Positions 53,388-64,000 are shown, numbered from the stretch's first letter. The stretch: DNA of 64,000 nt from Nitrospirota bacterium (GCA_963737155.1 CAVTRN010000002.1:2304001-2368000); one strand, 5' to 3'. Numbers and translations are program-made. The notes: generated by a model from the sequence alone, not told the origin.

Positions 53388-55085
53388 TTATCGCCGACCT
53401 ATCAGGCGAAGCAAGCGGTCCAGAGTGATTTCGAATGCCGCGCAAGGCATGGCAATCTGCACACGTTCAAGCACATTGGGGCGAATCTCACCAATGAAAC
53501 CGACAGCCATGCCGCTTGAAAGGATAGCCCCACATCGTCCATGGGTGAATAACGGTTGATCCGCTGGAGCTAGCGAGTAGTCCAAACCGAGGTAATAGAA
53601 AAGAATATCGAGGGTGGAATGCATTTCCGAGAAGTTAGCACTGGGATGAGATATGAGGGCGCCTAGGTTCAACTCCGTTCGGGACCCGTTATTTTCGTTT
53701 TTATCGAAAACTGCAACTTCTCCGATTTCGAAGATGTTGTGGGGATAAAACGCTTTGGCACTGGCTTTCTCCACAGTTAATAGCGATGGGATGATACGGT
53801 TCCTGAGTAGGGAGTAGGCCAAAGACATGATGTTGTCCACTTCGACGATCATCTCCCCTTCCGGCATAGCATAGTCTAGCTCTTCGCGCGAGCAGAGAAT
53901 ATTAGACATGATCTCTTGGAAACCCGCCCCGACCATAGTTCCTCGGGCCGAGTCTGAAAGCATCTCAAGCGCGGTAAGCGAGCCAACTGTGGATTGCCGC
54001 GGCATTACAGGCTCGAAGGAATCGTATCCCCTGCTAATGGCATAATCCTCGACAAGGTCCATGGGATGCATAATATCGTCGCGGTACGGCGGCACTTCAA
54101 CCGTGAGCATACCACGGGACGACACTACGGAATGGCCGTAAGAAGCGAGGTGTTTCTTCACATCGGCCAAAACAACGTCTTCACCCAGCCCTGAGGAGAA
54201 CTTCGACAAAGGGATCTTGAACTTTCCCGATGTGTTTACCGGAAAGACCACGCGCTTTCCGAATGCCGTTTCGTAGGGATAGATTATGAGTATTGGCTCG
54301 ATTTCCGCACCTCGGTCGTAGAAGTTTGTCGCCAGAATGTTGAGCGTAAGCGTTGTCATTCGTAGATCTGTGCCCGTTACTTCGATAAGCACGTTCCTCG
54401 TCTGGGATTTAACCTCTCCGATTTCTCTGCTGTTGATGACCGGCGGGAACGAAAGCACTCGTTCCATATTGTCCATGAGAACAGGATACTGTGAAAAAGG
54501 CTTAACGATATTACCGTAAGCAATACCTTTCGGATGGCGTTCGAGAATTTCAGCAAGTGTCAGTCGTTCTTCCAAGCCAAGTGGTGTGAAAGATATTGAA
54601 GATGGATCCGCAAGCCGGTAATCCACGGGAAATACGATGCGGTCGAGCTCATAGATCCCGATTGAGATCGTCGTCCGTTGCCTGCCGTATATTTCGGCAA
54701 GTTTGTCCTGGCTCTGGATCATCTGCGCCAGCACATCGTCGCTCATGCGTACGCCACTGGCCGTGCAAGCGGCGATAAAGGGTCGAACGGCTTTCATTGC
54801 CCTGGCAACCCGAATCTCCCGTGTTGCTTTCCTGCCGTGATTAAAGAAAGAATAGGTCTCGGGCTTGCCGGAAAGAGCAATCTTGATCTGTCGGGCGATG
54901 CCCTCTGCAGACCAGAGGTCTGGCCGGTTGCTATCTGAGAGTTCCACCTTGAGATCATCGGTCGCGGCATTATATTCTTTCAGCTCCGCTTTTGCGAGCA
55001 TAAGATACTTTTCAAGCGCGCTGAGGGCAAGTTTCTGTCCGATGAGGGAGTCGAGATCGTTTTTTTTGATGTCAATTGTCGGCAT
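53388..55085 (-). CDS. pheT: Phenylalanine--tRNA ligase beta subunit, archaeal/eukaryotic-type
   Basis: 565 aa; MPTI start, NRPDLWSAEG, SFPPVINS, YRDDIMHPMDLVEDYAI; no bacterial B2 or B8 domain visible. Confidence 0.92.
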   Translation of the reverse strand: MPTIDIKKNDLDSLIGQKLALSALEKYLMLAKAELKEYNAATDDLKVELSDSNRPDLWSAEGIARQIKIALSGKPETYSFFNHGRKATREIRVARAMKAVRPFIAACTASGVRMSDDVLAQMIQSQDKLAEIYGRQRTTISIGIYELDRIVFPVDYRLADPSSISFTPLGLEERLTLAEILERHPKGIAYGNIVKPFSQYPVLMDNMERVLSFPPVINSREIGEVKSQTRNVLIEVTGTDLRMTTLTLNILATNFYDRGAEIEPILIIYPYETAFGKRVVFPVNTSGKFKIPLSKFSSGLGEDVVLADVKKHLASYGHSVVSSRGMLTVEVPPYRDDIMHPMDLVEDYAISRGYDSFEPVMPRQSTVGSLTALEMLSDSARGTMVGAGFQEIMSNILCSREELDYAMPEGEMIVEVDNIMSLAYSLLRNRIIPSLLTVEKASAKAFYPHNIFEIGEVAVFDKNENNGSRTELNLGALISHPSANFSEMHSTLDILFYYLGLDYSLAPADQPLFTHGRCGAILSSGMAVGFIGEIRPNVLERVQIAMPCAAFEITLDRLLRLIGRR

Positions 55086-55184
55086 ATATGAAATACACGT
55101 TCAAAGTTGTAAGTACAGAGTAAAGCCTCACGACTAAACACATGATGGAGTTGCATTGTTTCGATACAATGCCCAGGGGAATAG

Positions 55185-56753
55185 TTAATTACTCAGCGGT
55201 ATTTTCCTGGTTCTGATGAAATCCAGATCTCGCGAGAACAGGTCGCGGATATCCTGAATACCGAGCGCCACCATGGCCATGCGGTCGAGGCCCAAACCCC
55301 AAGCGATTACCGGGACATTTACGCCCAGCGGTACAGTCACTTCAGGCCGGAAAATGCCGGCCCCGCCTAGTTCCATCCATCCCAGTTCCGGATGCTTTAC
55401 ATGCAGTTCTACGGATGGTTCCGTGAACGGGAAGTAGGCTGGCCGAAACTGGAACTCTCCTGCTTTAGCGATTTCCTTTCCGAACAGCTTCAGGAGACCA
55501 AGCAACTGTTTGAAATTGATGTCCTCACCGAGTACGATGCCCTCGACCTGGTAAAAATCGGGGGCATGGGTGGCATCCACAGAATCATAACGAAAACAGC
55601 GGGCTATGGAAAAGTATTTTCCGGGGATTTTGGGTCCTGAGGCTAGGGCCCTGGCCGACACAGCCGTTCCTTGGCTGCGTAAGATCAGTCGTTTCGCCCG
55701 TTCCAGGTCAAAGGCGTAGCGCCAACCCGTGGACCCCGTCTTTCCGCCGTCCTTGTGCGCTGCAGCGACCTGCTTAGCGAAAGGTTGTTCGATCAGCTTG
55801 CTCGTTGTGGGATCTTTGATAAAATACACGTCATGGATATTTCGCGCTGGGTGGAATTGAGGCATGTACAGCGCGTCCATATCCCAAAATTCGTTTTCCA
55901 CAAGTGGTCCCCGCATTTCTTCGAATCCCATGCCAATGAACTTGTACTTCACGAAGTCGAGAAATTCCTTATAAGGATGCTTCTTGCCAATACTGCGGCG
56001 CGGCGGGCTGAGGGCGATGTTGTATGCGCGGAACTTTTTGTTCTTCCATGTCCCCTGCTTCAGCATCTCCGGAGTAAGAACGGAAATTTCTTCGAGCGCC
56101 CCTCCCCGTTCCTTGAGCAAAACAAGCAGTTCCTGACCTGGGGCCGTCAAAGCGTAAGAACGGTTCTTTCGCTCAACGATGCGAAAGATCCCCTTCGACT
56201 TCCCCCGCTTGTGGAAGTTTAAATGAATCGCGGTTTGTTGTTCGGGGGTGAAGGCCGACAAGTCGGTTCGATCATCTCTTGCCGCTGTTTTGATGAGTGC
56301 GTTAAGGGACTCATGCTCCAAGATATAGGCTCCAGCTAACAGTTCAAGGATTCCACCTTGAGCAATGCGTATAATGCCCGTTTCCTTGAGTGTCCCTACG
56401 GCCGAACTGACTTCGGCTGGCTCCATACCCCAAGACTGAATGATATCCTTGACGGCGATCTTATCCCCTTCTCGGAGAGCACCAATGATCCGCATCTCGG
56501 GGGTGCCTTTCTCAGAATATTCCCTACCGGTTTCCGTGAGAGATACGAACGAAGTGACGGACTCGTCCTTGACATCTAGCAATCCTTTTGTCTGTAGCCA
56601 GCCCGAGGCCATATCCAGTCTGGGTTCATCAAGGCCGGATACGCTCAGTATCTCCGATGCTAATATGGTAGTCTTTATTGCAAAACAGAGAAGCAGCTTG
56701 CTTTCTAAAGGGTGAAGACTTTCAAGGAGTTTGATATGTTCCGGAGCGGTCAT
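55185..56753 (-). CDS. pheS: Phenylalanine--tRNA ligase alpha subunit, archaeal/eukaryotic-type
   Basis: 522 aa with long N-terminal extension; FWDMDALYMPQFHPAR, YFPFTEPS, GAGIFRPE, AWGLGLDR. Confidence 0.93.
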   Translation of the reverse strand: MTAPEHIKLLESLHPLESKLLLCFAIKTTILASEILSVSGLDEPRLDMASGWLQTKGLLDVKDESVTSFVSLTETGREYSEKGTPEMRIIGALREGDKIAVKDIIQSWGMEPAEVSSAVGTLKETGIIRIAQGGILELLAGAYILEHESLNALIKTAARDDRTDLSAFTPEQQTAIHLNFHKRGKSKGIFRIVERKNRSYALTAPGQELLVLLKERGGALEEISVLTPEMLKQGTWKNKKFRAYNIALSPPRRSIGKKHPYKEFLDFVKYKFIGMGFEEMRGPLVENEFWDMDALYMPQFHPARNIHDVYFIKDPTTSKLIEQPFAKQVAAAHKDGGKTGSTGWRYAFDLERAKRLILRSQGTAVSARALASGPKIPGKYFSIARCFRYDSVDATHAPDFYQVEGIVLGEDINFKQLLGLLKLFGKEIAKAGEFQFRPAYFPFTEPSVELHVKHPELGWMELGGAGIFRPEVTVPLGVNVPVIAWGLGLDRMAMVALGIQDIRDLFSRDLDFIRTRKIPLSN

Positions 56754-56841
56754 AAGATGCGGTCAAGATTACGTTGAATGAATATTTTTGTCAAGAAAAA
56801 ACAGATTGACGGAGGTTTAAAAGGTATGTTATGCTGCAATT

Positions 56842-57252
56842 ATGGCAAACATTAAGGTTCGGCCGAAATTGAGTTTTACCCTCATCTGCGACGATGTGCG
56901 ACAGGAAATGGGCGGCAAATTCAGTCTTATGGGGCTCTTTGAAAGCATCTTTTCCCATACTTTCCCAGCGATGCACCACCGCTTTGCGATCGTGAACGAA
57001 TGGATCGGTGGTCGGGGAGATTTTATCGTGAAAATCAGACTCCTCGCTCCGGACCGTGAGCAAGTACTCTCAGAATCGCAAACAAATCTGAGCCTCTATA
57101 AAGAAACGCAGCGCCATCGCGATATCTCGATACGCTATAACACAACCTTCAAGGTTCCGGGCACCTATTGGGTCGAAACTCTTCTCGACGATGAGCAGGT
57201 CGGCATGGTTCCCCTCGTAGTCCAGATGGTGTCGGAGCAAACGGTGCATTGA
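56842..57252 (+). CDS. Conserved hypothetical protein (DUF6941-like)
   Basis: LICDDVRQE.GGK.SLMGLF and PGTYWV pattern. Confidence 0.65.
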   Translation: MANIKVRPKLSFTLICDDVRQEMGGKFSLMGLFESIFSHTFPAMHHRFAIVNEWIGGRGDFIVKIRLLAPDREQVLSESQTNLSLYKETQRHRDISIRYNTTFKVPGTYWVETLLDDEQVGMVPLVVQMVSEQTVH

Positions 57253-57295
57253 AGCATTTCTCGCACTGAGCCCCCCTTCTCGCTGATCCGCGTCC

Positions 57296-58000
57296 TCACT
57301 CCAGGACGACAATCGGTGTCATGCCCACCTTCTCATGAATTTCCTTCTCAAGCTTTTCCGCAGCATCTCTGTTTCTAAAGCTCCCGATTCGAACGCGATA
57401 CCACGTTCTCTTGCCATGCAATTCCGACAGAACGATGAAAGCCGCAAATCCGCTCTGCTTCATTCGTTTGACATCATACTCCGCGGCCTGCTTTTCTGGA
57501 TGCGAAGATACCTGGATCGTATAACGCAACTTTTCGGACATAACCTGCTTGCGCGGCGCTGCCTTTTTGTTCGCTTCGGGAGACGGTTTAATCACTTTTT
57601 TTTTCGTTGCTTCGACTAAAATGGTTTGTTTCTCAGGTCTGGACTCCGCTCCTCGCTCTTTCGTAGTTTTTTGATCTACAGCCTTGGGAGCATCAACGCT
57701 CTCTTTCTTTTCAGAGTCGCTGAAAGTGTTCTCGCTTTTGGACTTGAGATCAATGGAAACTGTCCGGTTTTCCTTCTCGGTCAATGTCTTATAAAAGGTG
57801 AATTCCTCCGGCTTGGGTTGATTTTTGGAAACGACAGCGGGAAGCGGCTGTATGTTATCGCCCGATGAAGCTGTTTTTCTCTCATATCTCCCGACGTAAT
57901 AACCAAGGAAAAAGAAACCCAGCATAAGGACCACTCCTGCCGGAATAATGAATAGCTTGGATATGACTCCGCCACGTTGGTTATTAATCATGCGACTCAT
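57296..58000 (-). CDS. SPOR domain membrane protein (FtsN/DedD-like)
   Basis: N-terminal TM, FTFYKTL, YTIQVSS...WYRVRIGSF. Confidence 0.88.
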   Translation of the reverse strand: MSRMINNQRGGVISKLFIIPAGVVLMLGFFFLGYYVGRYERKTASSGDNIQPLPAVVSKNQPKPEEFTFYKTLTEKENRTVSIDLKSKSENTFSDSEKKESVDAPKAVDQKTTKERGAESRPEKQTILVEATKKKVIKPSPEANKKAAPRKQVMSEKLRYTIQVSSHPEKQAAEYDVKRMKQSGFAAFIVLSELHGKRTWYRVRIGSFRNRDAAEKLEKEIHEKVGMTPIVVLE

Positions 58001-58065
58001 CCCTTTCCCATATATTTATAAACCATAGACAGCCAAGTACAGTGAACTGCCATTCCGTCACCCTC

Positions 58066-59109
58066 TTATGCAATCAACATCGCGTCCCCGTAACTGTAAA
58101 ACCGATATTTTTCCGCTACCGCAGTCCGATAGGCCGATAAGATCCGTTCCCTGCCAGCAAAGGCAGATATCAGCATAAGAAGCGTTGACTTTGGTAAATG
58201 GAAATTCGTAATGATCCCGTCGGTTACTTTGAATTTATACCCCGGATAAATGAAAAGCTCCGACGCCCCCTCACCGGCAATGACCAAACCGTTGCTACGA
58301 CAGGCGGTTTCAATCGTACGCACGCTCGTGGTTCCTACGGCAATCACCCGTCTGTCTTCGGCTCTTGCCTTGTTGATCTCGCTCGCCGCAACAAGTGATA
58401 TCGAGTAGTGTTCCGGAAGCATCCGGTGTTCGACGATCCTGTCAGAACGCACAGGCTGAAAAGTGCCGGGGCCTACATGAAGCGTAACCGTAACGATTTT
58501 AACCCCCTTGGCCGCGAGCTTTGCGAGTAGATCCCTGCTGAAGTGCAGGCCTGCCGTGGGCGCTGCTACGGCTCCTTCCCGCGATGCGTAAACGGTTTGA
58601 TAACGCTCGCGATCCTGCTCTGAAGGATCGCGTCTGATATAGGGTGGCAACGGAATCCTGCCTATTTCATTCAGGATGCCACGAATATCAACCAAACTGT
58701 GGAAACGGATCGTCCTGGTCCCATCGACATGCTCTTCAATGATCTCCGCCTCCACTCCCAGGGAAATAATCAGCCTTTTCCCTGCGCCGCCTCCGCCTTT
58801 TACGAGCGTCACCCACAAATTGCGCTCGATCTCCGACAGGAGGAATATCTCAGATCTGCCTCCGCCCTGCTTTGTCGCTGGCAACCTGCAGGGAAAAACC
58901 CTCGTGTCGTTCAAGACCAGCAGGTCTCCCGGCGAGAGAAATTCCTGAAGATTGGCAAACGTCCTGTGTTCAATGACACGCGATGAGCGGTTGAGAACCA
59001 TTAGACGTGATTGATCGCGATCCAATTGCGGCTCCTGTGCAATAAGCGTCTCTGGAAGCACATAGTCGAAATCAGAGAGTCTCAGCTGTTCTACCGCGTG
59101 ACTATTCAT
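58066..59109 (-). CDS. queA: S-adenosylmethionine:tRNA ribosyltransferase-isomerase
   Basis: DFDY.LP, PLPPYI, AAPTAGLHF, TNFHLPKS, YSYGDAM. Confidence 0.97.
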   Translation of the reverse strand: MNSHAVEQLRLSDFDYVLPETLIAQEPQLDRDQSRLMVLNRSSRVIEHRTFANLQEFLSPGDLLVLNDTRVFPCRLPATKQGGGRSEIFLLSEIERNLWVTLVKGGGGAGKRLIISLGVEAEIIEEHVDGTRTIRFHSLVDIRGILNEIGRIPLPPYIRRDPSEQDRERYQTVYASREGAVAAPTAGLHFSRDLLAKLAAKGVKIVTVTLHVGPGTFQPVRSDRIVEHRMLPEHYSISLVAASEINKARAEDRRVIAVGTTSVRTIETACRSNGLVIAGEGASELFIYPGYKFKVTDGIITNFHLPKSTLLMLISAFAGRERILSAYRTAVAEKYRFYSYGDAMLIA

Positions 59110-59237
59110 GGCGGGATAATACCATATTGGGATAACGGGATAAAGATAAAATGCAGATTATTAAGGCGGACAGATCATGACACCTGAGTGTTGGTCTTGA
59201 CAGGAAGAATGCCTTTTCTTAAAGCGTCAGCTTTATT

Positions 59238-59570
59238 TCAGGACCGCATCCAGCCACGCTCGAATTCTTCATAGGATATCGAGAAACTATTAGCGATTTC
59301 CTTGGGCTTGTCGGCGTCCACTGCGATGTCATCGGGCACGGCCTTAGCCCGATATAAACTGAAGGAATCGATCATGTGAGGGACCGAGAAAAGGCTGACC
59401 AAGTAGGTGTGGGCTGGAATTCAGCCACGGAAAAGGTCTTTCCAGGTGTGACAACGACGGCGGTCTGCCGGTCTTTGTGAGTTTGCCAAACGCGGTGGCC
59501 TGGCGTCCATTGTTATCACGGTTTTGACGCTTTACGCCAGGCGTGGAGCGATGATCCCGCTCCCTCTACT
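59238..59570 (-). pseudogene. Eroded C-terminal remnant, possibly of a peptidase MA-like protein
   Basis: Manual translation LSHLERPF / AHTYLVSLFSVPHMIDSFSLY...ISYEEFERGWMRS*; no start codon, frameshifted. Confidence 0.35.
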
Positions 59571-59581
59571 ACCTTCCGTTT

Positions 59582-59980
59582 TCAGTCTTTCATCACTTTT
59601 ACCATGACTCTTCGGTCGCGGGGACCATCAAATTCGCAAAAAAACAAAGCCTGCCAGGTACCAAGTGTAAGACGTCCATCCTCAACAAGCACCGGTTTTG
59701 AAACACCTATCATGCTTGATTTAATATGCGCCGCGGAATTTCCTTCGCTATGCCCATAATTATCGTCAAAGGGGATGACCTTATTCATTTCTTTCAGGAG
59801 GTCACGTCCCACGTTGGGGTCCGAATTTTCGTTAATCATTACTGCCGCGGTCGTATGTGGCACGTAGACGTAACATACTCCTGAGCGAATTCCGCTTTCA
59901 GTCACAAGGCGCTGCACCCCCTGTGTGATGTCCACAAGTTCCGTCCTGGCATTCGTTTTCACCCTAAGCTGCCTGATCAT
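59582..59980 (-). CDS. yjbQ: YjbQ/UPF0047 family protein
   Basis: HTTAA..INE, HSEGNSAAHIKS, LGTWQ, EFDGPR. Confidence 0.92.
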   Translation of the reverse strand: MIRQLRVKTNARTELVDITQGVQRLVTESGIRSGVCYVYVPHTTAAVMINENSDPNVGRDLLKEMNKVIPFDDNYGHSEGNSAAHIKSSMIGVSKPVLVEDGRLTLGTWQALFFCEFDGPRDRRVMVKVMKD

Positions 59981-60253
59981 TTGCAACCTCCCGGGAATAG
60001 AGTAAGTAAAATATAATTTTTCTCAGCACGGGCAGAAATTTCCGCCGTCCAACAGACTGAGAGAGGATGATAACGCCTGTTAATAAATCTCAGCTACTAT
60101 TTGCTGCACTTCTCTCTAAGCTTTTTTTGGCCTTAGTGATAATATTTCCCCGGGTTTGGGCCTAATCATGCCCAGGATTTACGGGCATGTACAACGCACT
60201 TCTGTGACTTGGTATCCTTCCGCACCTCAGGCTTGTAGATGCACCGGATTTCC

Positions 60254-61891
60254 TTACCGGTCAATCCCCATGTCTTCACGACCTTTTGCGCGTTTTTCTT
60301 CTGCGATCGGATAAATAATGTGAGTGATGAGCGAATTGATCCGTGCAAGATTGCCGATGAGGTCGAGATGCACGTGACTAGTCTCAATGGATTCCCGCAA
60401 TCCTTTCCGCAACCGGTCAAGATGGGCCTGCACCAGCTCACGTTCCATGATACCGATCTCCTCCTTGTTTCTGAGCACGCTGTTGGCGAGATCACGATCA
60501 TTTCCTGCGAAAGACGATATCGCCATATCGTAGTCGTCGACAATCTTCTTATGGAACATGGTGATCTCTTCGAGCCCCTCCCGCGAAAAAGTCATGCCTT
60601 TGATGATCCGCTTCATGGCAAGCGGCATAATGTTACGGTCGATGATATCGCCAATACTCTCCAGGTTTCTCGACGCTTCAAGGACCGTCATGGCGCGCCG
60701 CGTTTGTGATTCCGTGAGATGGGACGACGACAATCGGGCGATGTAAAGCCTAATATGCCGGTCGAGGAGGTCGACCAGGTTGTCCTGGTTTTTGATGCCG
60801 GCGATGACTTCGGTGTCGTCAGTCTCGAAGGATTTGATCGAATCGACAAGCATTCCCCGCACGATATCCGAAGCCCTCAGTGCCTCCCGCGTTGCCTGGC
60901 CCAAGGCGAGCGATGGTGTGCTGAGCACATGATCATCGAGGTACAACGGCCCGAATTTCTTTTCTCCCTCCTTCTCTGGAATGACCTTCACGATGAGTTG
61001 TGCGAACAGCCCAGTGAAAGGGAGAAAACAGACAGCCATGATGCCATTGAATAGTGTATTGGCATTCGCGATCTGGCGAGGTAGGTCGGTCGTCGAAGCT
61101 GCGATCAACTCTTGAAAAGGGGTAACGAAGGGCAGAAAGAGCAGAACGCCGAACAGCTTAAATAATATGTGTGCCCAGGCTACCCGGCGCGCCTCCACCG
61201 GTGAGCGCATGCTTGCAATGAGCGCCGTGGCGCAGGTCCCAATATTGGCTCCGAAAATAATGTACAACGCGGTTTTAAGCGGTATCAGGCCGCTCTTAGT
61301 CAGTACCAGGGCGATGCCCATGGTCGCTGCGCTACTGTGGATAAGTCCGGTCAAGAGGGCTGAGAGCGCAATACCGAGAGCGGGCGTGTCCGTGAGGGCC
61401 ACAAACACCTGACGGAAGAGTTCATTTTCCTGGAGTGGTGTCATCGCATCGGTCATGATTTTGAGGGACAGAAATACGAAGCCGAAGCCGAGGATCCCCG
61501 TTCCTGTGTTTCGCGCAATAATATTTTTTGGAAAAAGCACGAACGCTAGGCCGATCCCGATGATGAGAACCGCATAGTCATAAATATGGAAGGCGATAAG
61601 CTGAACTGTGAGGGTTGCACCAATGTCAGCGCCGAGTATCACTGCGAGGGATTGGCGGAAGGTCATGAGCCCAGCACTCACGAATCCCACGAGCATGACG
61701 GACGTGGCGCTGCTTGACTGGATCAGGCCGGTAATGAAGGCGCCGCCTCCCACTGCGGCCAGGCGGTTGCTCGTAAGGGAACGGAGCAGGGATCTGATCT
61801 TCGAGCCCGCAGCATTCTGGAGCCCGTCATTCAGGAGCTTTATTCCGTAAAGAAGCAGCAATACCCCGCCGAAGAGGCTGATCAGGAGCAT
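60254..61891 (-). CDS. Na+/Pi cotransporter family protein with PhoU-like domains
   Basis: QSSSAT and HSSAAT repeats, GADIG and GANIGT, helical C-terminal domain. Confidence 0.92.
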   Translation of the reverse strand: MLLISLFGGVLLLLYGIKLLNDGLQNAAGSKIRSLLRSLTSNRLAAVGGGAFITGLIQSSSATSVMLVGFVSAGLMTFRQSLAVILGADIGATLTVQLIAFHIYDYAVLIIGIGLAFVLFPKNIIARNTGTGILGFGFVFLSLKIMTDAMTPLQENELFRQVFVALTDTPALGIALSALLTGLIHSSAATMGIALVLTKSGLIPLKTALYIIFGANIGTCATALIASMRSPVEARRVAWAHILFKLFGVLLFLPFVTPFQELIAASTTDLPRQIANANTLFNGIMAVCFLPFTGLFAQLIVKVIPEKEGEKKFGPLYLDDHVLSTPSLALGQATREALRASDIVRGMLVDSIKSFETDDTEVIAGIKNQDNLVDLLDRHIRLYIARLSSSHLTESQTRRAMTVLEASRNLESIGDIIDRNIMPLAMKRIIKGMTFSREGLEEITMFHKKIVDDYDMAISSFAGNDRDLANSVLRNKEEIGIMERELVQAHLDRLRKGLRESIETSHVHLDLIGNLARINSLITHIIYPIAEEKRAKGREDMGIDR

Positions 61892-61963
61892 GGAAATACT
61901 ATGCCTAATTTTTCGGAGTTCGTCAAGGCAATCTTGAGATTCGCAGCATTTTCACCGGGTATG

Positions 61964-64000
61964 TTATCCGGCAATGCTCTTCTTTTTCACAAAATCCATT
62001 TCTTCTTCATGACTTCTGACCTGCCCGTCGAGCTTCGCATCGAGAAGCTCCACAAATATTTTACGGTAACTCGGCCCGGGAGGGATCCCCATTTGTTTGA
62101 GATCATTGCCGGTAAGGGTGACTTTGATGTTGCGGAGATGGGTAAGGTAGAGAGAAATGTATTTCTTGGCCAGCTCTTGTTTCGATTTTGCCATCATTAG
62201 GAGAAGGGCCTCAATGTCGAGAGGCGACAGCAAATCATGTATGCGACTTCGGGAAATCTGCGGCTCCCTGTAAAACAGAAACAGCACCTCCCGGGACCGG
62301 GTCCGCGCCATTTGCATGCGCTCCCGAAAGCGGATCGGGACGGCAAGACGCTCAAGTGCTTCTGCGGCCGTCGTATCCTTCACCCGGTCAAAAAGACCAA
62401 GAAAATAGATAAACCACTTTTCCACTGGAATGTCCAAGTAAAGAAGCCTGAACCAGGCTAATGTCTCACCGATATTCGTAAACACCCGTTCAAGTTCGGC
62501 AGATCCCTTCAGCCCTGGGTGAATAAATTTCAGCAAGTCCAGCTCCCGCATCCTCTTCAGGACTTTTAACGGATCGGATTCCGAAAACATCAAAACGAGC
62601 TCCGTAAAGATCCGTTCACCTGACAGCCTATCAAAGAGCTTCATGTTTACGGCGGTCTTTATGAGGTTCTGAGTATGCTTGCTCAAATGGAAGTTAAATC
62701 GCTGCTCAAAACGTACGGCTCGGAGCACGCGGGTGGGGTCCTCGACAAAGGAAAGGCTATGCAGGACGCGGATAGTTTTGTCTTTGATATCGCGGAGACC
62801 GCCAAAAAAGTCGATGAGCTCACCGTATCGTTTCCGGTTCAGGCGCACCGCGAGCGTATTGATCGTAAAATCTCGTCTGTATAGATCTTTCTTTATTGAT
62901 GACAGTTCCACCGTGGGTAGCGCGGCCGGCGATTCGTAGTACTCCAGGCGGGCTGTGGCAATGTCGAGTTTGAGCCCACTGGGGAGTATGATAACGGCCG
63001 TGCCGAACTTCTGATGCGTCTTCATGCGTCCGCTTATTCTCTTCACTAGCATTCCCGCGAACGTTATACCGTCCCCTTCGACAACGATATCGACGTCGAG
63101 ATTCGACACCCGCAAAAAGAGGTCGCGCACAATGCCGCCAACGAGATAGACCGGGAAACCGCTTTCGTCAGCCACTTCGCCTACGACTACCAAGGTGTCG
63201 CGGACCTCTGGTGTTAACCATTCTTCCATTAGTCCCCTGACGCTGCGAAGGGAGCCGGGCGACAGCTCTTCCGAATCGGGAATCTCCTGCAGCCGTTCTT
63301 CATGAAGCGAGCGTAGAAGGTCGGTCCGGGTGATAGCACCAACAAGCATGCCGTCATGTCCGATCACCGGGATAAAACGTTGGTGTTCTTCGATCATTAT
63401 TCGCTCCACCTGGCTCATGGGCATGTCCGGTAAGGCAACAGGGCCGCCGATGGTCATGAATTCATCGACTATCCGCTTGCCGAGACCGTGGAAGAGAGCC
63501 TTTTGCACAATCTCACGGGTGATGAGCCCCTGATAGGAGTCTCCCTCCATGACCGGAAGTACATTGACGCTGAAGCGCGTCATAGCCTCGCCCGCGTCTT
63601 CAATAAATCTGCCGGATGAGACGGTCTTTACCGGTGATGTCATAATTTCATGAACCAGCGGCCCCGGCTTGATGTGCTTTTTCAACAAATCGATCAGCCG
63701 TTCCCGGCTTTGAAGATAGGTCATATCCTTGATCGCGGCCGATGCCGCGGTTGCATGTCCGCCGCCGCCTAACTGCTGAAGTACCTGGCCGACATTGACT
63801 GCCGGTATCCTGCAGCGTCCTATAACGTGTGTTTTATCTCCCATCTGCACGACAAGGAACAGCACGTCTAGGCTCTCCATCTCCCTGATCTTGTGAGCCA
63901 GATTTGCCAGGTCGGGAATAAAATGAGAAACAGCCATGGAAGAAATAACCACGGCGACCCCGTTGATGTCGAATTTTTTTGCGTTCTCAATAAGGTTGTT
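61964..64000 (-). CDS. cca: Multidomain tRNA nucleotidyltransferase (DHHA1, CBS, CCA/A-adding); 5' end outside the window
   Basis: GGGGH, CBS pair, VGGIVRD..DVD, RRDFTIN, EDPTR; frame open to the window edge. Confidence 0.88.
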   Translation of the reverse strand, partial: NNLIENAKKFDINGVAVVISSMAVSHFIPDLANLAHKIREMESLDVLFLVVQMGDKTHVIGRCRIPAVNVGQVLQQLGGGGHATAASAAIKDMTYLQSRERLIDLLKKHIKPGPLVHEIMTSPVKTVSSGRFIEDAGEAMTRFSVNVLPVMEGDSYQGLITREIVQKALFHGLGKRIVDEFMTIGGPVALPDMPMSQVERIMIEEHQRFIPVIGHDGMLVGAITRTDLLRSLHEERLQEIPDSEELSPGSLRSVRGLMEEWLTPEVRDTLVVVGEVADESGFPVYLVGGIVRDLFLRVSNLDVDIVVEGDGITFAGMLVKRISGRMKTHQKFGTAVIILPSGLKLDIATARLEYYESPAALPTVELSSIKKDLYRRDFTINTLAVRLNRKRYGELIDFFGGLRDIKDKTIRVLHSLSFVEDPTRVLRAVRFEQRFNFHLSKHTQNLIKTAVNMKLFDRLSGERIFTELVLMFSESDPLKVLKRMRELDLLKFIHPGLKGSAELERVFTNIGETLAWFRLLYLDIPVEKWFIYFLGLFDRVKDTTAAEALERLAVPIRFRERMQMARTRSREVLFLFYREPQISRSRIHDLLSPLDIEALLLMMAKSKQELAKKYISLYLTHLRNIKVTLTGNDLKQMGIPPGPSYRKIFVELLDAKLDGQVRSHEEEMDFVKKKSIAG

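Overview
A 64-kb bacterial chromosomal segment; gene content and style suggest an anaerobic or microaerophilic Nitrospirota- or Desulfobacterota-like organism (inference only). Left to right: (1) a group 1 [NiFe]-hydrogenase operon (small and large subunits, cytochrome b, protease) with hyp maturation genes, including an in-frame HypC-HypA fusion; (2) a SorAB-type sulfite dehydrogenase with cytochrome c; (3) metK-ahcY; (4) two adjacent RNA-guided mobile elements, an IS110/IS1111 element whose downstream non-coding RNA carries segments matching its own reconstructed target and donor junction, and an IS607 element with an atypical TnpB; (5) an eroded cobalamin riboswitch before a btuF pseudogene; (6) prfB with its programmed frameshift and tRNA-Val-thrS-infC-rpmI-rplT; (7) an accessory region of about 15 kb ending at tRNA-Arg, with IS1634, an IS200/605 remnant, a group II intron 3' remnant, a hybrid kinase between degenerate direct repeats, two related candidate ncRNAs and an rtcA remnant; (8) a group 2 sigma factor, tRNA-Pro and a DUF4105-DUF3015-hydrolase trio; (9) archaeal/eukaryotic-type pheST, queA, a Na/Pi cotransporter and a partial CBS-domain tRNA nucleotidyltransferase. 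No CRISPR array or rRNA was seen. Family assignments come from motif recognition by eye, not database searches.
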